IMG/VR virus record: IMGVR_UViG_3300033233_000010
Coordinates: 1 to 64,000 of that record
Source of the DNA: a virus
Length of the DNA stretch: 64,000 nucleotides
Reading direction: 5' to 3' (one strand)
Below are positions 27,768-36,075 of this stretch, in pieces. The stretch's first letter is position 1, and every line of letters begins with the position of its first letter. A model generated the notes under the pieces. That model did no database searches and was not told the origin of the DNA. It saw only the letters and a program-made list of their open reading frames with translations. The position numbers and the translations under genes are program-made.

Positions 27768-28006
27768 GCGCTCTCCTCGTTGCTCGCTAGCTTCTTACCT
27801 CGCCGAGCCGGCGCGGAGTGGAAGATGGTCTTGAGCTGCTTCCGAAGCCGGAGGATCTCGGCGGCGGCTCGGACCGAGAGGCTCCCCGGGCCGGCGAGCG
27901 GCCCGATCATCGCCGCCAGCTCGCGCTCGGTAAGCGGTGCGGCGTGGCTTCCGTTGACATCGGCTATCCTCTCGTGAAACCAGCCGGGCGCCGGGTCACT
28001 TGCCAT
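27764..28006 (-). CDS. hypothetical protein
   Basis: ATGA overlap with dcd start. Confidence 0.55.
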   Translation of the reverse strand: MASDPAPGWFHERIADVNGSHAAPLTERELAAMIGPLAGPGSLSVRAAAEILRLRKQLKTIFHSAPARRGKKLASNEESA

Positions 28007-28163
28007 GGGCGGCCTCCCGGCAGGCGTCGCATCGCTTGAAGGCGGCACCGGCGAGCCAGCGCCCGCAACACCCGCAATAGTCGGGGTCCTGTTGCTCGGG
28101 CGGAAGGAGCAAGTTCCGGGCGGCAAAGCGGATCGGTTCGGCGTGCCGGCAGAGCTGCTTCAT
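27996..28163 (-). CDS. small zinc-finger protein
   Basis: Hand-translated MKQLCRH...YCGCCG...RCDACR. Confidence 0.55.
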   Translation of the reverse strand: MKQLCRHAEPIRFAARNLLLPPEQQDPDYCGCCGRWLAGAAFKRCDACREAAHGK

Positions 28164-28230
28164 CTTGGTCTTCGGTCCCCGCTCCGAGAATACTACCCGG
28201 CGATTCCGACCTCCGCTTCGGCCCCTCCGC

Positions 28231-29166
28231 TCAGTCGAGAGCGGAGGGCTGAGACCCTACTGCTTCGTTCGCTGATTCCACGAGAATCGTGGTCTGCGGG
28301 TTGACCTGAACGCCGGGGAACGGCGTTGGCGTGCAAGGACACCGCGACGTGAACGGCGAGCAGCCGGCGTTGCAGCGATCGCAGCGCGTTCCGAGACCCA
28401 GGAGATAGCGCCCGGCCCGAGCAAGACGCGGCGTGTCATCGCCAAAGCAACCGATAGCCAGATTGCATCGCTTGCACAGCAGCCCTCGAACGCGCATCGT
28501 CTGGTGATCGTGGTCTACTCCCAACCGCTGCCCCGTTGGACACGTATCTCGACATACGGCGCACAGGCCGCCCTGCCGGTTAAGGATACCGTCGTAGTCA
28601 GCCGGCGTAAGACCGTAGTGGAACCACAATCGTCTTGCGTGCGGGTCGCGCCCACAGCCTCTCGTGTTGAGCTTCGGAACCGCCACGAGACCCGTATCTG
28701 CGGTCTCGGCGTAAGAGACGAGAATGCCTATCCGGTCCACGTCGTCATCAAGTAGCCCGAGCGCCTTGTTGCACACGCGACACAGGAGACCACGTATGAG
28801 CAACGTCTGGTGGTCGTGATCGACGCATAGGGCTGACGCCCCCCGACAGATAGCACACGCTCCATCGTGGGCCGCAACGAGAGCTCCGAACACCGCCTCC
28901 GTCAATCCGTATTGCCGCTTTAGCTGTCCGCGGCGCTTAGTCCTGCGAACCTTGTCGGGATTGGCGCTTTCCCACCGCCGCTTACGCAAACGTCGCTGCT
29001 CGGGTTTGGCGCGGGCGTAACGAGCCGCGCTGCAAGACGAGCACAGGCCGTCGGCAGACCACTTCCTTCGGTCTGGGTGGCAGATCGCCGACAAGAACGG
29101 CGGCGCGTTGCACGAAGCGCGGTGTCGGCGGAGGCAATCGCAAGTCCTGACCTTCGGAGCCGGCAT
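28231..29166 (-). CDS. tandem endonuclease VII-type homing endonuclease with Cys-rich C-terminal tail
   Basis: Two YGLT...CAxC...VDHDHQT...RGLLC..CN..(L/I)G..GDD units. Confidence 0.85.
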   Translation of the reverse strand: MPAPKVRTCDCLRRHRASCNAPPFLSAICHPDRRKWSADGLCSSCSAARYARAKPEQRRLRKRRWESANPDKVRRTKRRGQLKRQYGLTEAVFGALVAAHDGACAICRGASALCVDHDHQTLLIRGLLCRVCNKALGLLDDDVDRIGILVSYAETADTGLVAVPKLNTRGCGRDPHARRLWFHYGLTPADYDGILNRQGGLCAVCRDTCPTGQRLGVDHDHQTMRVRGLLCKRCNLAIGCFGDDTPRLARAGRYLLGLGTRCDRCNAGCSPFTSRCPCTPTPFPGVQVNPQTTILVESANEAVGSQPSALD

Positions 29167-29170
29167 TGGC

Positions 29171-29452
29171 TCAACTCAGCAAAACCGTCGGCCCAGGCTT
29201 CGGTGTGTCGCACGGGCAGGCGAGTGCGAGCGGATTAACGCCGTGGCCGCAGACCGGGCACACCCACCCGCGCATGGGAGGAGTCGGCGGAAACAGTGGC
29301 GTGAGCGGCGGCAGGACGGGCGTGGGAGTGATAGTGATGACGACCGGGGTGACCACGACCGGTGGTCGCATCGGGCAGTTGAGCGCGTGTTCGCCGGCTG
29401 TGCTGGGCGAACAAGAACAGCTGGTGAGCATCGGCATGAGTCCTGTGTCCAT
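29171..29452 (-). CDS. small Cys/Pro-rich protein (GWxCPxC...CPC)
   Basis: Hand-defined start; common phage Cys motif. Confidence 0.6.
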   Translation of the reverse strand: MDTGLMPMLTSCSCSPSTAGEHALNCPMRPPVVVTPVVITITPTPVLPPLTPLFPPTPPMRGWVCPVCGHGVNPLALACPCDTPKPGPTVLLS

Positions 29453-29507
29453 CCTACTTCTCCGCGAGTAAGGTGTCGCTGCCGAGCCTAAGTCGCGACC
29501 AGTCCAG

Positions 29508-30182
29508 CTACTTTGTATAATCCTCGTGGTGCCCATACGGTTGGCCGTCGCGGTCGGCGAAGACGGTCTTGCCCGTCTCGCGGTTCGTGAGCTTCTGCGT
29601 ACCGCGCATCGGGGCACCGAGACCGACTCCGACCTGGGGGGCGCCTTGCACCTCCAGCGCCTTCGGGACGGGGAGGTCGCCGCGGATCTTGCGGACACGG
29701 CCACAGCCGTTCACGTCCTGGCAGTCGGGGGTCGGGCCCTGGATGCCAGGCACGCCGCCGCACGTCGCGCACTGCATCGCGTCCTGGGGGTCGATCTGTT
29801 GGCCGCCGGGAGCCGCCATCATCGGCTGCGTCGGCGCCGCGTACATCGGCTGCGGAGCCGGCACGAACCCGCCTTCGACTTCCTTGCGCCACCGGACGGA
29901 GATGACGATCTCGGCGTCCTCGGGGATCTCCTGGTTCCGGGCTCGGGCCATTTCGAGCAGTTGGCTCGCGCCGATGATGCGCGTTCCGGGGGCATGAAGG
30001 TCGCCGACGCGGGCGTCTTCGGAGGCCGGGGCCGACACGCAGACGGTCACATCGCGCGGATCGACCGTCGTCTCGGGGCTCTCCGACTCGATCATCTCCG
30101 CGAGGTCGCGCTTGTCGAGCTGGAGCGCGCACTCCTCGACGGTTACGACCTTCTTCTGAGACAGCTTCTTCATGTCGGCCAC
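29508..30182 (-). CDS. hypothetical protein with Pro/Gln linker and C-terminal Cys cluster
   Basis: SD GAGGAGA; CATC...C....C. Confidence 0.75.
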   Translation of the reverse strand: MADMKKLSQKKVVTVEECALQLDKRDLAEMIESESPETTVDPRDVTVCVSAPASEDARVGDLHAPGTRIIGASQLLEMARARNQEIPEDAEIVISVRWRKEVEGGFVPAPQPMYAAPTQPMMAAPGGQQIDPQDAMQCATCGGVPGIQGPTPDCQDVNGCGRVRKIRGDLPVPKALEVQGAPQVGVGLGAPMRGTQKLTNRETGKTVFADRDGQPYGHHEDYTK

Positions 30183-30228
30183 TGTACTCTCCTCGCCCGC
30201 GGTCTACCCCGGGGCCGTGTCACGGCGA

Positions 30229-30411
30229 TCAGCGTCCGAGGATCGCTCGCGGTAGTTGGGGGACGGGACGTTGCGTCCCGCCGGTCTGGCTTGCGGGGTT
30301 CGCCGTTCCCATACCCCACGGGAAGGCGTTGGCGTCGTCCTTCTCCACACCATCCTTCTCCACGCCGTTGCGCTGGAGGGACTTGAGAGGTCGTCTCTTG
30401 AGCGGTTTCAC
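30229..30411 (-). CDS. hypothetical protein
   Basis: GTGA coupling only. Confidence 0.3.
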   Translation of the reverse strand: MKPLKRRPLKSLQRNGVEKDGVEKDDANAFPWGMGTANPASQTGGTQRPVPQLPRAILGR

Positions 30412-30683
30412 GCGACCCCCGCGAGCGCCTTCTTGCGCGTCCAGAGCCGATCGGCGTAGGTGGCGATGACGCGGCGCTCGTGGCGCGGAAGGTCGTGGTT
30501 GATCTTGCCCGTCGCCACGAAGTAGAGCGCCTGGGCCGTCGTCTTGCCGTCGCCGAGCACCAGACCGAGTTTGGCTTCGGGGCCGTGCTCGGCGAGCTTG
30601 CGGAGGTGCTTCTCGGTACTCTCGCGAAGTCCGTCCTCTCCGAACAGGACGCGGGCGAAGGCGACGAGATCATCGGCGGTCAT
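30408..30683 (-). CDS. hypothetical protein
   Basis: ORF track; GGTAGGAT upstream. Confidence 0.7.
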   Translation of the reverse strand: MTADDLVAFARVLFGEDGLRESTEKHLRKLAEHGPEAKLGLVLGDGKTTAQALYFVATGKINHDLPRHERRVIATYADRLWTRKKALAGVA

Positions 30684-30737
30684 GGGTCACTCCGACAGCT
30701 TATCCTACCCGACCGCGAAAGACCCGGCGACGGTTTC

Positions 30738-31133
30738 TCAGAGCCCGAACCGCTTCTTGATCGTCTGAGCGGCGCGGTCGCGAGCCTGCACGGCGTTCGA
30801 GTTGATCGCGACCGGCGGAGGCTTGTCGTAGAGCGCGGCCAGCCGATCGACGATCGAGGTCCCAGCGCCGTGGGCCACACGCTCGGCGAGATCGGCGAGC
30901 GGCGCGTAGACGGCCTCGCCCGTACAGACCAGGCCGACGAGGGTCGAGACGAGCCACGCCAGGAAGTCGTGGTCGTCGAGCACCTTCGAGAGATCCAGAA
31001 CACCCTCGCTGGGGTTCCACAGCTCGGATAGCTTATCCACACAGTCTGAGTCGAGCCCAGCCGCCACCGCGGCGGGTCTGAGTACCCCGTGTTGGAACCA
31101 CCGCGCCGTCTCGGCGTCGAGCTGAAAGCGCAT
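30738..31133 (-). CDS. hypothetical protein with tag (SIVDRLAAL)
   Basis: TATCCT 7 nt before ATG 31133. Confidence 0.65.
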   Translation of the reverse strand: MRFQLDAETARWFQHGVLRPAAVAAGLDSDCVDKLSELWNPSEGVLDLSKVLDDHDFLAWLVSTLVGLVCTGEAVYAPLADLAERVAHGAGTSIVDRLAALYDKPPPVAINSNAVQARDRAAQTIKKRFGL

Positions 31134-31155
31134 ACCCGAGAGGATAGTCCAAGCC

Positions 31156-31527
31156 ATGTCGAAGCCCAAGCCCGCGGCGCCACGAGCCGAGTTTTTCGTC
31201 GGCGACGTGCCGCCGCCCATCGTAAAGCAGGTCAAGAAGGCGATCGAGGAGCCCGCCGCGACCGACGACTCGATCGACCTCCCGCGCAACAAGCAGCTCG
31301 TCGTTGCACACGATGTCCCGATGGAGGACGACCCGGGCGCGCTTCTCCGGCAGCTCACCGCCGGGATGCCCCCCGGCGCGATGCGCCCCGATGAGATCGC
31401 GGACGAGGCCAACCGCGCAAGGCACAACGCGCACATCGACCTCCTCCGTATGACCGACGCGGAGCAACGCCGGCAGCGTCGGGCGAAGCTGGCCGAGGAG
31501 CGGGGTAAGCAGAAGCGCAAGAGGTAG
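31156..31527 (+). CDS. hypothetical protein
   Basis: ORF track; divergent from 31133. Confidence 0.7.
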   Translation: MSKPKPAAPRAEFFVGDVPPPIVKQVKKAIEEPAATDDSIDLPRNKQLVVAHDVPMEDDPGALLRQLTAGMPPGAMRPDEIADEANRARHNAHIDLLRMTDAEQRRQRRAKLAEERGKQKRKR

Positions 31528-31530
31528 TCG

Positions 31531-31743
31531 ATGTTCATCGCGCTCGATCCGGGATCGTTCGCGCTCGGCATCATCGCCGGGTGCGCGTGCTTCATCGCTG
31601 GTTACGGCGCGGCTGGCATTTACTACCGCCGTCGTCCTCCGGCGCTCGATCATCGGTTCATGGAGCACTTCAACAAGCACACGTTCTACTCGGGCGAGGC
31701 GGGACCGACCGAACCGCCGACCACGGAGCACACAGATGAGTGA
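31531..31743 (+). CDS. small membrane protein
   Basis: N-terminal TM. Confidence 0.65.
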   Translation: MFIALDPGSFALGIIAGCACFIAGYGAAGIYYRRRPPALDHRFMEHFNKHTFYSGEAGPTEPPTTEHTDE

Positions 31744-31906
31744 GACGGAAACGAAGGTCCAGCTGTGGAGCACAGTCATCATCGCCAACACAGGTCAAGT
31801 CGTCTCGGGGTGGGATTGGCTCGGCACTATTCACGTCTGCGACGGCCTAATCGTCTACCCCGGCACGACACGGCCCGTCGGAAAGGTCAAACCGCGTGAT
31901 CGCTAA
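31736..31906 (+). CDS. hypothetical protein
   Basis: Hand-translated MSETETKVQLWSTV...; GGAG SD. Confidence 0.45.
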   Translation: MSETETKVQLWSTVIIANTGQVVSGWDWLGTIHVCDGLIVYPGTTRPVGKVKPRDR

Positions 31907-32204
31907 GGTGTGGCGTGGGCTTCACTTTCACAGGTACAAGGACAACCCGATGGAGAAGGCGTTCGCCGCCGCGTTCGAGCAGCTCAACAAGACCGGGCCC
32001 GGCCTACCGCGCGAACCGTTCGTCGACACGCTGCTCAACGAAACCAGCCGGCCAACTCCGTGCTCACGCCGCGACCAGCAGGTCGCCTGCACGCTCGCCC
32101 AGTGGCTCGGTTCGCCTGTCGGCATCGAGTGGGTGATGCGTGTGCTCGCCAAGAACAAGAACAAGATCGGAAGACCGATCCCGGAGGAGTTGACGAGTGG
32201 CTGA
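31896..32204 (+). CDS. hypothetical protein
   Basis: ORF track. Confidence 0.7.
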   Translation: MIAKVWRGLHFHRYKDNPMEKAFAAAFEQLNKTGPGLPREPFVDTLLNETSRPTPCSRRDQQVACTLAQWLGSPVGIEWVMRVLAKNKNKIGRPIPEELTSG

Positions 32205-32514
32205 GACGACGAACGACGACAAGACGGAGGAGGAGAAATTCGCCGCGCTCCAGTGGTTCGACCTCGGACGCGGGGCGGGCAAGGACGAGTTCCTGCGCTG
32301 CCGCCTCCTCCAGCCCGGCTCGACCGGACCGTGGGTCATCGCCACGGTCTGCGAGCGTCGTAACTACTCGACCAAGGCAAAGACGGAGGCGACCAACGAG
32401 ACGGTTGTCGTCGACGCCATCACGCGGTCCATGGTCATCGTCCCGAACGACCCGCGGATGTCGCCTCCGGTCCACCGCCGCGATGCGCGTGTGCTCACCG
32501 AAGGCAAGCCGTGA
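32197..32514 (+). CDS. hypothetical protein
   Basis: SD GGAGGAG. Confidence 0.7.
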   Translation: MAETTNDDKTEEEKFAALQWFDLGRGAGKDEFLRCRLLQPGSTGPWVIATVCERRNYSTKAKTEATNETVVVDAITRSMVIVPNDPRMSPPVHRRDARVLTEGKP

Positions 32515-33051
32515 GCGAGCAGGTCAACATCCACGGCAACATCACGTTCTCCGACAACTACGGCAAGCAGTACGAAGTGGTCGCTGAGATCAAAAAGCTC
32601 CGCGCTTCGGTCGAGCTTCTCCTCAAGCTGTCCACTGTCCGACTCGGTTCGGTGAACGTCGATGCGCTGGATGCGCTCAAACTCCACTGGTTCCAGAGCG
32701 TCTTCGGTAACTTCGGCGTCGGATGGAGCGCGTCGCGCGTCATCCTCGGCGCAGCCCGGCTACGACATAGAGCACTTGGAGTCCGGGGTCAAGACGGGGC
32801 TCCCGAACGACCTCACGACACCCGACAACCGGTGGAACTTCGTCAACACGCTCAAGCTCATCATCGCGTCCAAGGTGTTCGAGCCGGCCCCCTTGTCGGT
32901 CGAGAGCCTGATCCGCGCCGTCATCAGTAACACAGCCACGCTCGATCCCATCTCACAGGTAGGCGCGTTGGCAGCTATCTGCCCGGAGATCAAGCCGGAC
33001 GGCGTGCGCCCGGCGGAGTCCCTTGCTCTGGCGTCCCAACTAGCTTCATGA
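32511..33051 (+). pseudogene. hypothetical gene with apparent +1 frameshift near 32750
   Basis: Coding-like codon bias switches from the 32511 frame to the 32662 frame. Confidence 0.4.
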
Positions 33052-33835
33052 GCCACGGGGCCTTCATCGAGCGTTCGGGGCCGCGGGCGAGTCGCTTGTT
33101 GTGCCACCGGGTTCCGGTCCCGGCGACCGCGTCTCTGGGGTTCATGTTCCCCGGGAGGTCGTTCTTCATCGGCAGCGCGTAGCCCTGGCCGTCTGAGCCG
33201 GGGATCATAGCCGCGTTGGCTCCGATCGCCCGATCGTAGAGGCTCTCCGCCTTGGGCTCGCGTCCGGTTCGTACCTTGACCGCCTGGATCGCCGCCTTCT
33301 TCCCGAGTCCCTTGGCGCCGCGGATGGCGACGGCGAGTCCACGGATGCCGTCGGCGTCGATCCACGCTCGCTTGAAGGTCTCGATCGGAACATGCCCGTA
33401 CTTTGGCGCACGAACCCGCGGGTCCATGAAGTAGACGCTTCCGTTGTCGACCGTGACCACGACGACATAGTGCCCGTAGGCGTGTTTGTCGATGCGCGCG
33501 TTGGCCGAGGGCCTGGCCTGAAATTCGACGATCACCGTCTCGCCGCCCCTGACCCTTCGCCGGAGGTCGTCGATGGTCATGCGCCTGACGAGGTCGGCAC
33601 GAAGCCCGAGGTGTCGCGCCAGAGCAGCCATCGTGGGAGCCTCGGTCCCGCGCTTCCAGTTGGTCCCGAGCGGCTTCATGATCTGGCGCTCGGATTCGGC
33701 GGGAAGCCGCCAGTAGCGGAAGATCGAGAGAAGCGCCGCGGCGCCGCACGAGTAGCTCGTCGACTGGAAGACGTGAGGAACCGAGAGAGCTTCGAGCCCG
33801 CCCGACGCCTCCAACAGTCGATCGAAGAGACTCAC
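32990..33835 (-). CDS. C39-like cysteine peptidase with N-terminal SLFDRLLE-A leader
   Basis: VPHVFQSTSYSCGAAAL (Gln/Cys), GHYVVV (His), YFMDP (Asp). Confidence 0.85.
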   Translation of the reverse strand: MSLFDRLLEASGGLEALSVPHVFQSTSYSCGAAALLSIFRYWRLPAESERQIMKPLGTNWKRGTEAPTMAALARHLGLRADLVRRMTIDDLRRRVRGGETVIVEFQARPSANARIDKHAYGHYVVVVTVDNGSVYFMDPRVRAPKYGHVPIETFKRAWIDADGIRGLAVAIRGAKGLGKKAAIQAVKVRTGREPKAESLYDRAIGANAAMIPGSDGQGYALPMKNDLPGNMNPRDAVAGTGTRWHNKRLARGPERSMKAPWLMKLVGTPEQGTPPGARRPA

Positions 33836-33896
33836 GGGTTCGAGTTTAACGTTTGTCGGCTTTTCGGGGTAGAACGGAGCGCTTAGAGGAGAAACC

Positions 33897-34280
33897 GTGG
33901 CCGACAAGATGGCGAAGTCCGCGTCAGTAACGACGACAACGACGAAGGTGATCGACACCAAGCCGGCGATGTCCGACGCCGACGCGAAGTGGTTCGAGAG
34001 CCTGAAGGGCGTCCTCCGGCTCTACGAGAACACGCTCGCTTCGAGCGGGGTCATCCGCGCGAAGGCGACCGACGGGTCGGAGCTGACGCGCGTCTCGCGG
34101 CTCGGTCACGCGAGATGGATGCTCGACCAGCTCCTCCAAGGGGTCGAGCCGCGGCACCGCGATCCGCTCGTCGCGCTCGCCCACTTCGGCATGATCCAGG
34201 GGCTCCTCTGGGGCGAGAACGTCTTCCCGATGTCGGCCCTTCACGACCACGCTCGCCAGCTCTACCCCGAAACCAGGTGA
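33897..34280 (+). CDS. hypothetical protein
   Basis: SD GAGGAG; upstream GGTAGAAC. Confidence 0.75.
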   Translation: MADKMAKSASVTTTTTKVIDTKPAMSDADAKWFESLKGVLRLYENTLASSGVIRAKATDGSELTRVSRLGHARWMLDQLLQGVEPRHRDPLVALAHFGMIQGLLWGENVFPMSALHDHARQLYPETR

Positions 34281-34687
34281 ACGCGCATCTCGTTGGGTCA
34301 CGCCCGGTTGTGGGGGCTTCGACGGAGTTCTACATCCGGCTGGACGACGATGACACCGGACGCATCTTCGTCTGCGACGGAAACAAGCAGCGCCTCCCCA
34401 TCGTTCGGGCGGCTGTTGTCGATGGGAATCGCCCGGTGTCGAGCATCGTGCAGAAGCCGCCTGGCGCCCTGGAGACGCGAGCCAACGCCGTCTACGTGAA
34501 CGCCCCGATGGGCGGGGAGACCCTCGTCGTGGTGGTTGGACGCGCACTCTACGATCAGTTCGGGGAAAGTAACGACCCCGACAAGACTTCCGTGTATCTT
34601 ATCTGCCAGTCGATGACCGTCATCGACAGGGTCGGCGAGTTGGCCGAGGGCATGGATCGTCAGCCCGATGCCGAGAGGAAACCGTAG
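34277..34687 (+). CDS. hypothetical protein with C-terminal tag variant (TVIDRVGEL)
   Basis: GTGA coupling. Confidence 0.7.
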   Translation: MNAHLVGSRPVVGASTEFYIRLDDDDTGRIFVCDGNKQRLPIVRAAVVDGNRPVSSIVQKPPGALETRANAVYVNAPMGGETLVVVVGRALYDQFGESNDPDKTSVYLICQSMTVIDRVGELAEGMDRQPDAERKP

Positions 34688-35135
34688 GGACGCCGCAAGG
34701 CCGACCGATCAACCTGATTGGGATGTCTGCATCGCATGGCGACGGATGCTCGTCGCCATGATGAATTCTTCGTGGGACATCGATGTCGCTGTCGAGCCGT
34801 TCCTGCGCAGCACGAGACGGCTCGTCGAGGCGCACTCCGATCCCGATGTCCAGACGGCAGCGCGCAAGCCTCTTCGCGCCGCCTGGATGCTGCTCAAGGC
34901 GAAGCGCTACTACGAGTGCTGCACGGCGGCGCTGGAGTGTCGAGTCCGCATCTTTGGCATCGAGGGGCCCGGTCGCATCGAGGTGGTCGGCCAAGCCCTG
35001 TGTCGAGCCATCCGAGGCGCTTACCCGGCTTCGCCGCCGGGGTTCGAGCGCGTGGGTCGGATGCGGCAGACCGACCGACCCAAGCTCGGCGGCTTCGACT
35101 GGAGTTCCATGCCGACGCCCGATGGAAACGACTGA
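34668..35135 (+). CDS. hypothetical protein
   Basis: ORF track. Confidence 0.6.
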   Translation: MPRGNRRDAARPTDQPDWDVCIAWRRMLVAMMNSSWDIDVAVEPFLRSTRRLVEAHSDPDVQTAARKPLRAAWMLLKAKRYYECCTAALECRVRIFGIEGPGRIEVVGQALCRAIRGAYPASPPGFERVGRMRQTDRPKLGGFDWSSMPTPDGND

Positions 35136-35153
35136 TCGGGGTAGAACCCTGGC

Positions 35154-36008
35154 GTGACGGACGCGAAACGACCGCTGCCCTATCTCATCGCGCGCATCGC
35201 CCACGACGGCAGGCCGTGGCCGGATGACGGCACCTTCGATAAGATCGCGGCGTCCAAGGGGGCCATCCTCGGCGATGACGGTTGGTTCACGCGCGGTCGA
35301 CGCCGAGGCCGGTGGTATCTCGACGTGTCGCTGGCGAACTACGCGCCGATCATCGTGGCGCGCGAAAGGCTCAACGACATCCGCGCGCTCGAAGACCTGC
35401 GTTACCGCGCACAAGTCCACGTCGAGAGGGTACTGGAGCCGCTCTATCAGAAGTCCATCGCTCGGCTCCGGGCAGCTGACGACCCGCGGATCGTCCGCGG
35501 CGACAGGATCATGCGGATCGAGTTCACCAAGGACCACGTCTACTCGTCGGAGAGCTTTCCTACCGAGCGGGAGATCAAGGCCCCGGAGAACGCCGGAATC
35601 GTCGACAGGATCAGCGCAATCCCCACCCCGGACCACGAAGACTTCAAGGCCGGAGAGAACTGGCTGTTTCATCAGCGCGGAATCCACGCGGGTCTGTTCC
35701 GCGTGGGTCGCGCGGAGGCGGCGCTTCGCAAGGCGCTCGACCTCTACCGCCTCAAGCACCACCCGAAGGAGATGAGACTCCACTCGGACAGGCGTCCGAC
35801 CTTCGTCTTCATCATCAACGGGCGCTACTACCCGATCGGGCGCGAGGAGTACCAGAAGAACATCGTCATCTGGCCGCAGCTGTCCGACATCGTGGTCAAC
35901 TTAGACAAGGAGAACACGCGTGGCGAAGATCAAAGTAGTGGACGAGCTTCCGCCCGAGGTAGTGGCGATGCTCGCAGCTCTGTACTCGCGAAGCCCGAAG
36001 AGCGTTGA
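35154..36008 (+). CDS. hypothetical protein (internal GIVDRISAI)
   Basis: GGTAGAAC 6 nt before GTG. Confidence 0.75.
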   Translation: MTDAKRPLPYLIARIAHDGRPWPDDGTFDKIAASKGAILGDDGWFTRGRRRGRWYLDVSLANYAPIIVARERLNDIRALEDLRYRAQVHVERVLEPLYQKSIARLRAADDPRIVRGDRIMRIEFTKDHVYSSESFPTEREIKAPENAGIVDRISAIPTPDHEDFKAGENWLFHQRGIHAGLFRVGRAEAALRKALDLYRLKHHPKEMRLHSDRRPTFVFIINGRYYPIGREEYQKNIVIWPQLSDIVVNLDKENTRGEDQSSGRASARGSGDARSSVLAKPEER

Positions 36009-36075
36009 CGAGCATCTGGAGCAGGTTCTCAAGCGTGGCCCCGACAAGTTCATGGACGACTACTACGTCGGCTAG
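35920..36075 (+). pseudogene. orphaned original 5' end of thyX (51 codons)
   Basis: SD AAGGAG; MAKIKVVDELPPEVVAMLAALYSRSPKSVDEHLEQVLKRGPDKFMDDYYVG* is colinear with the ThyX N-terminus at 36915. Confidence 0.85.
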
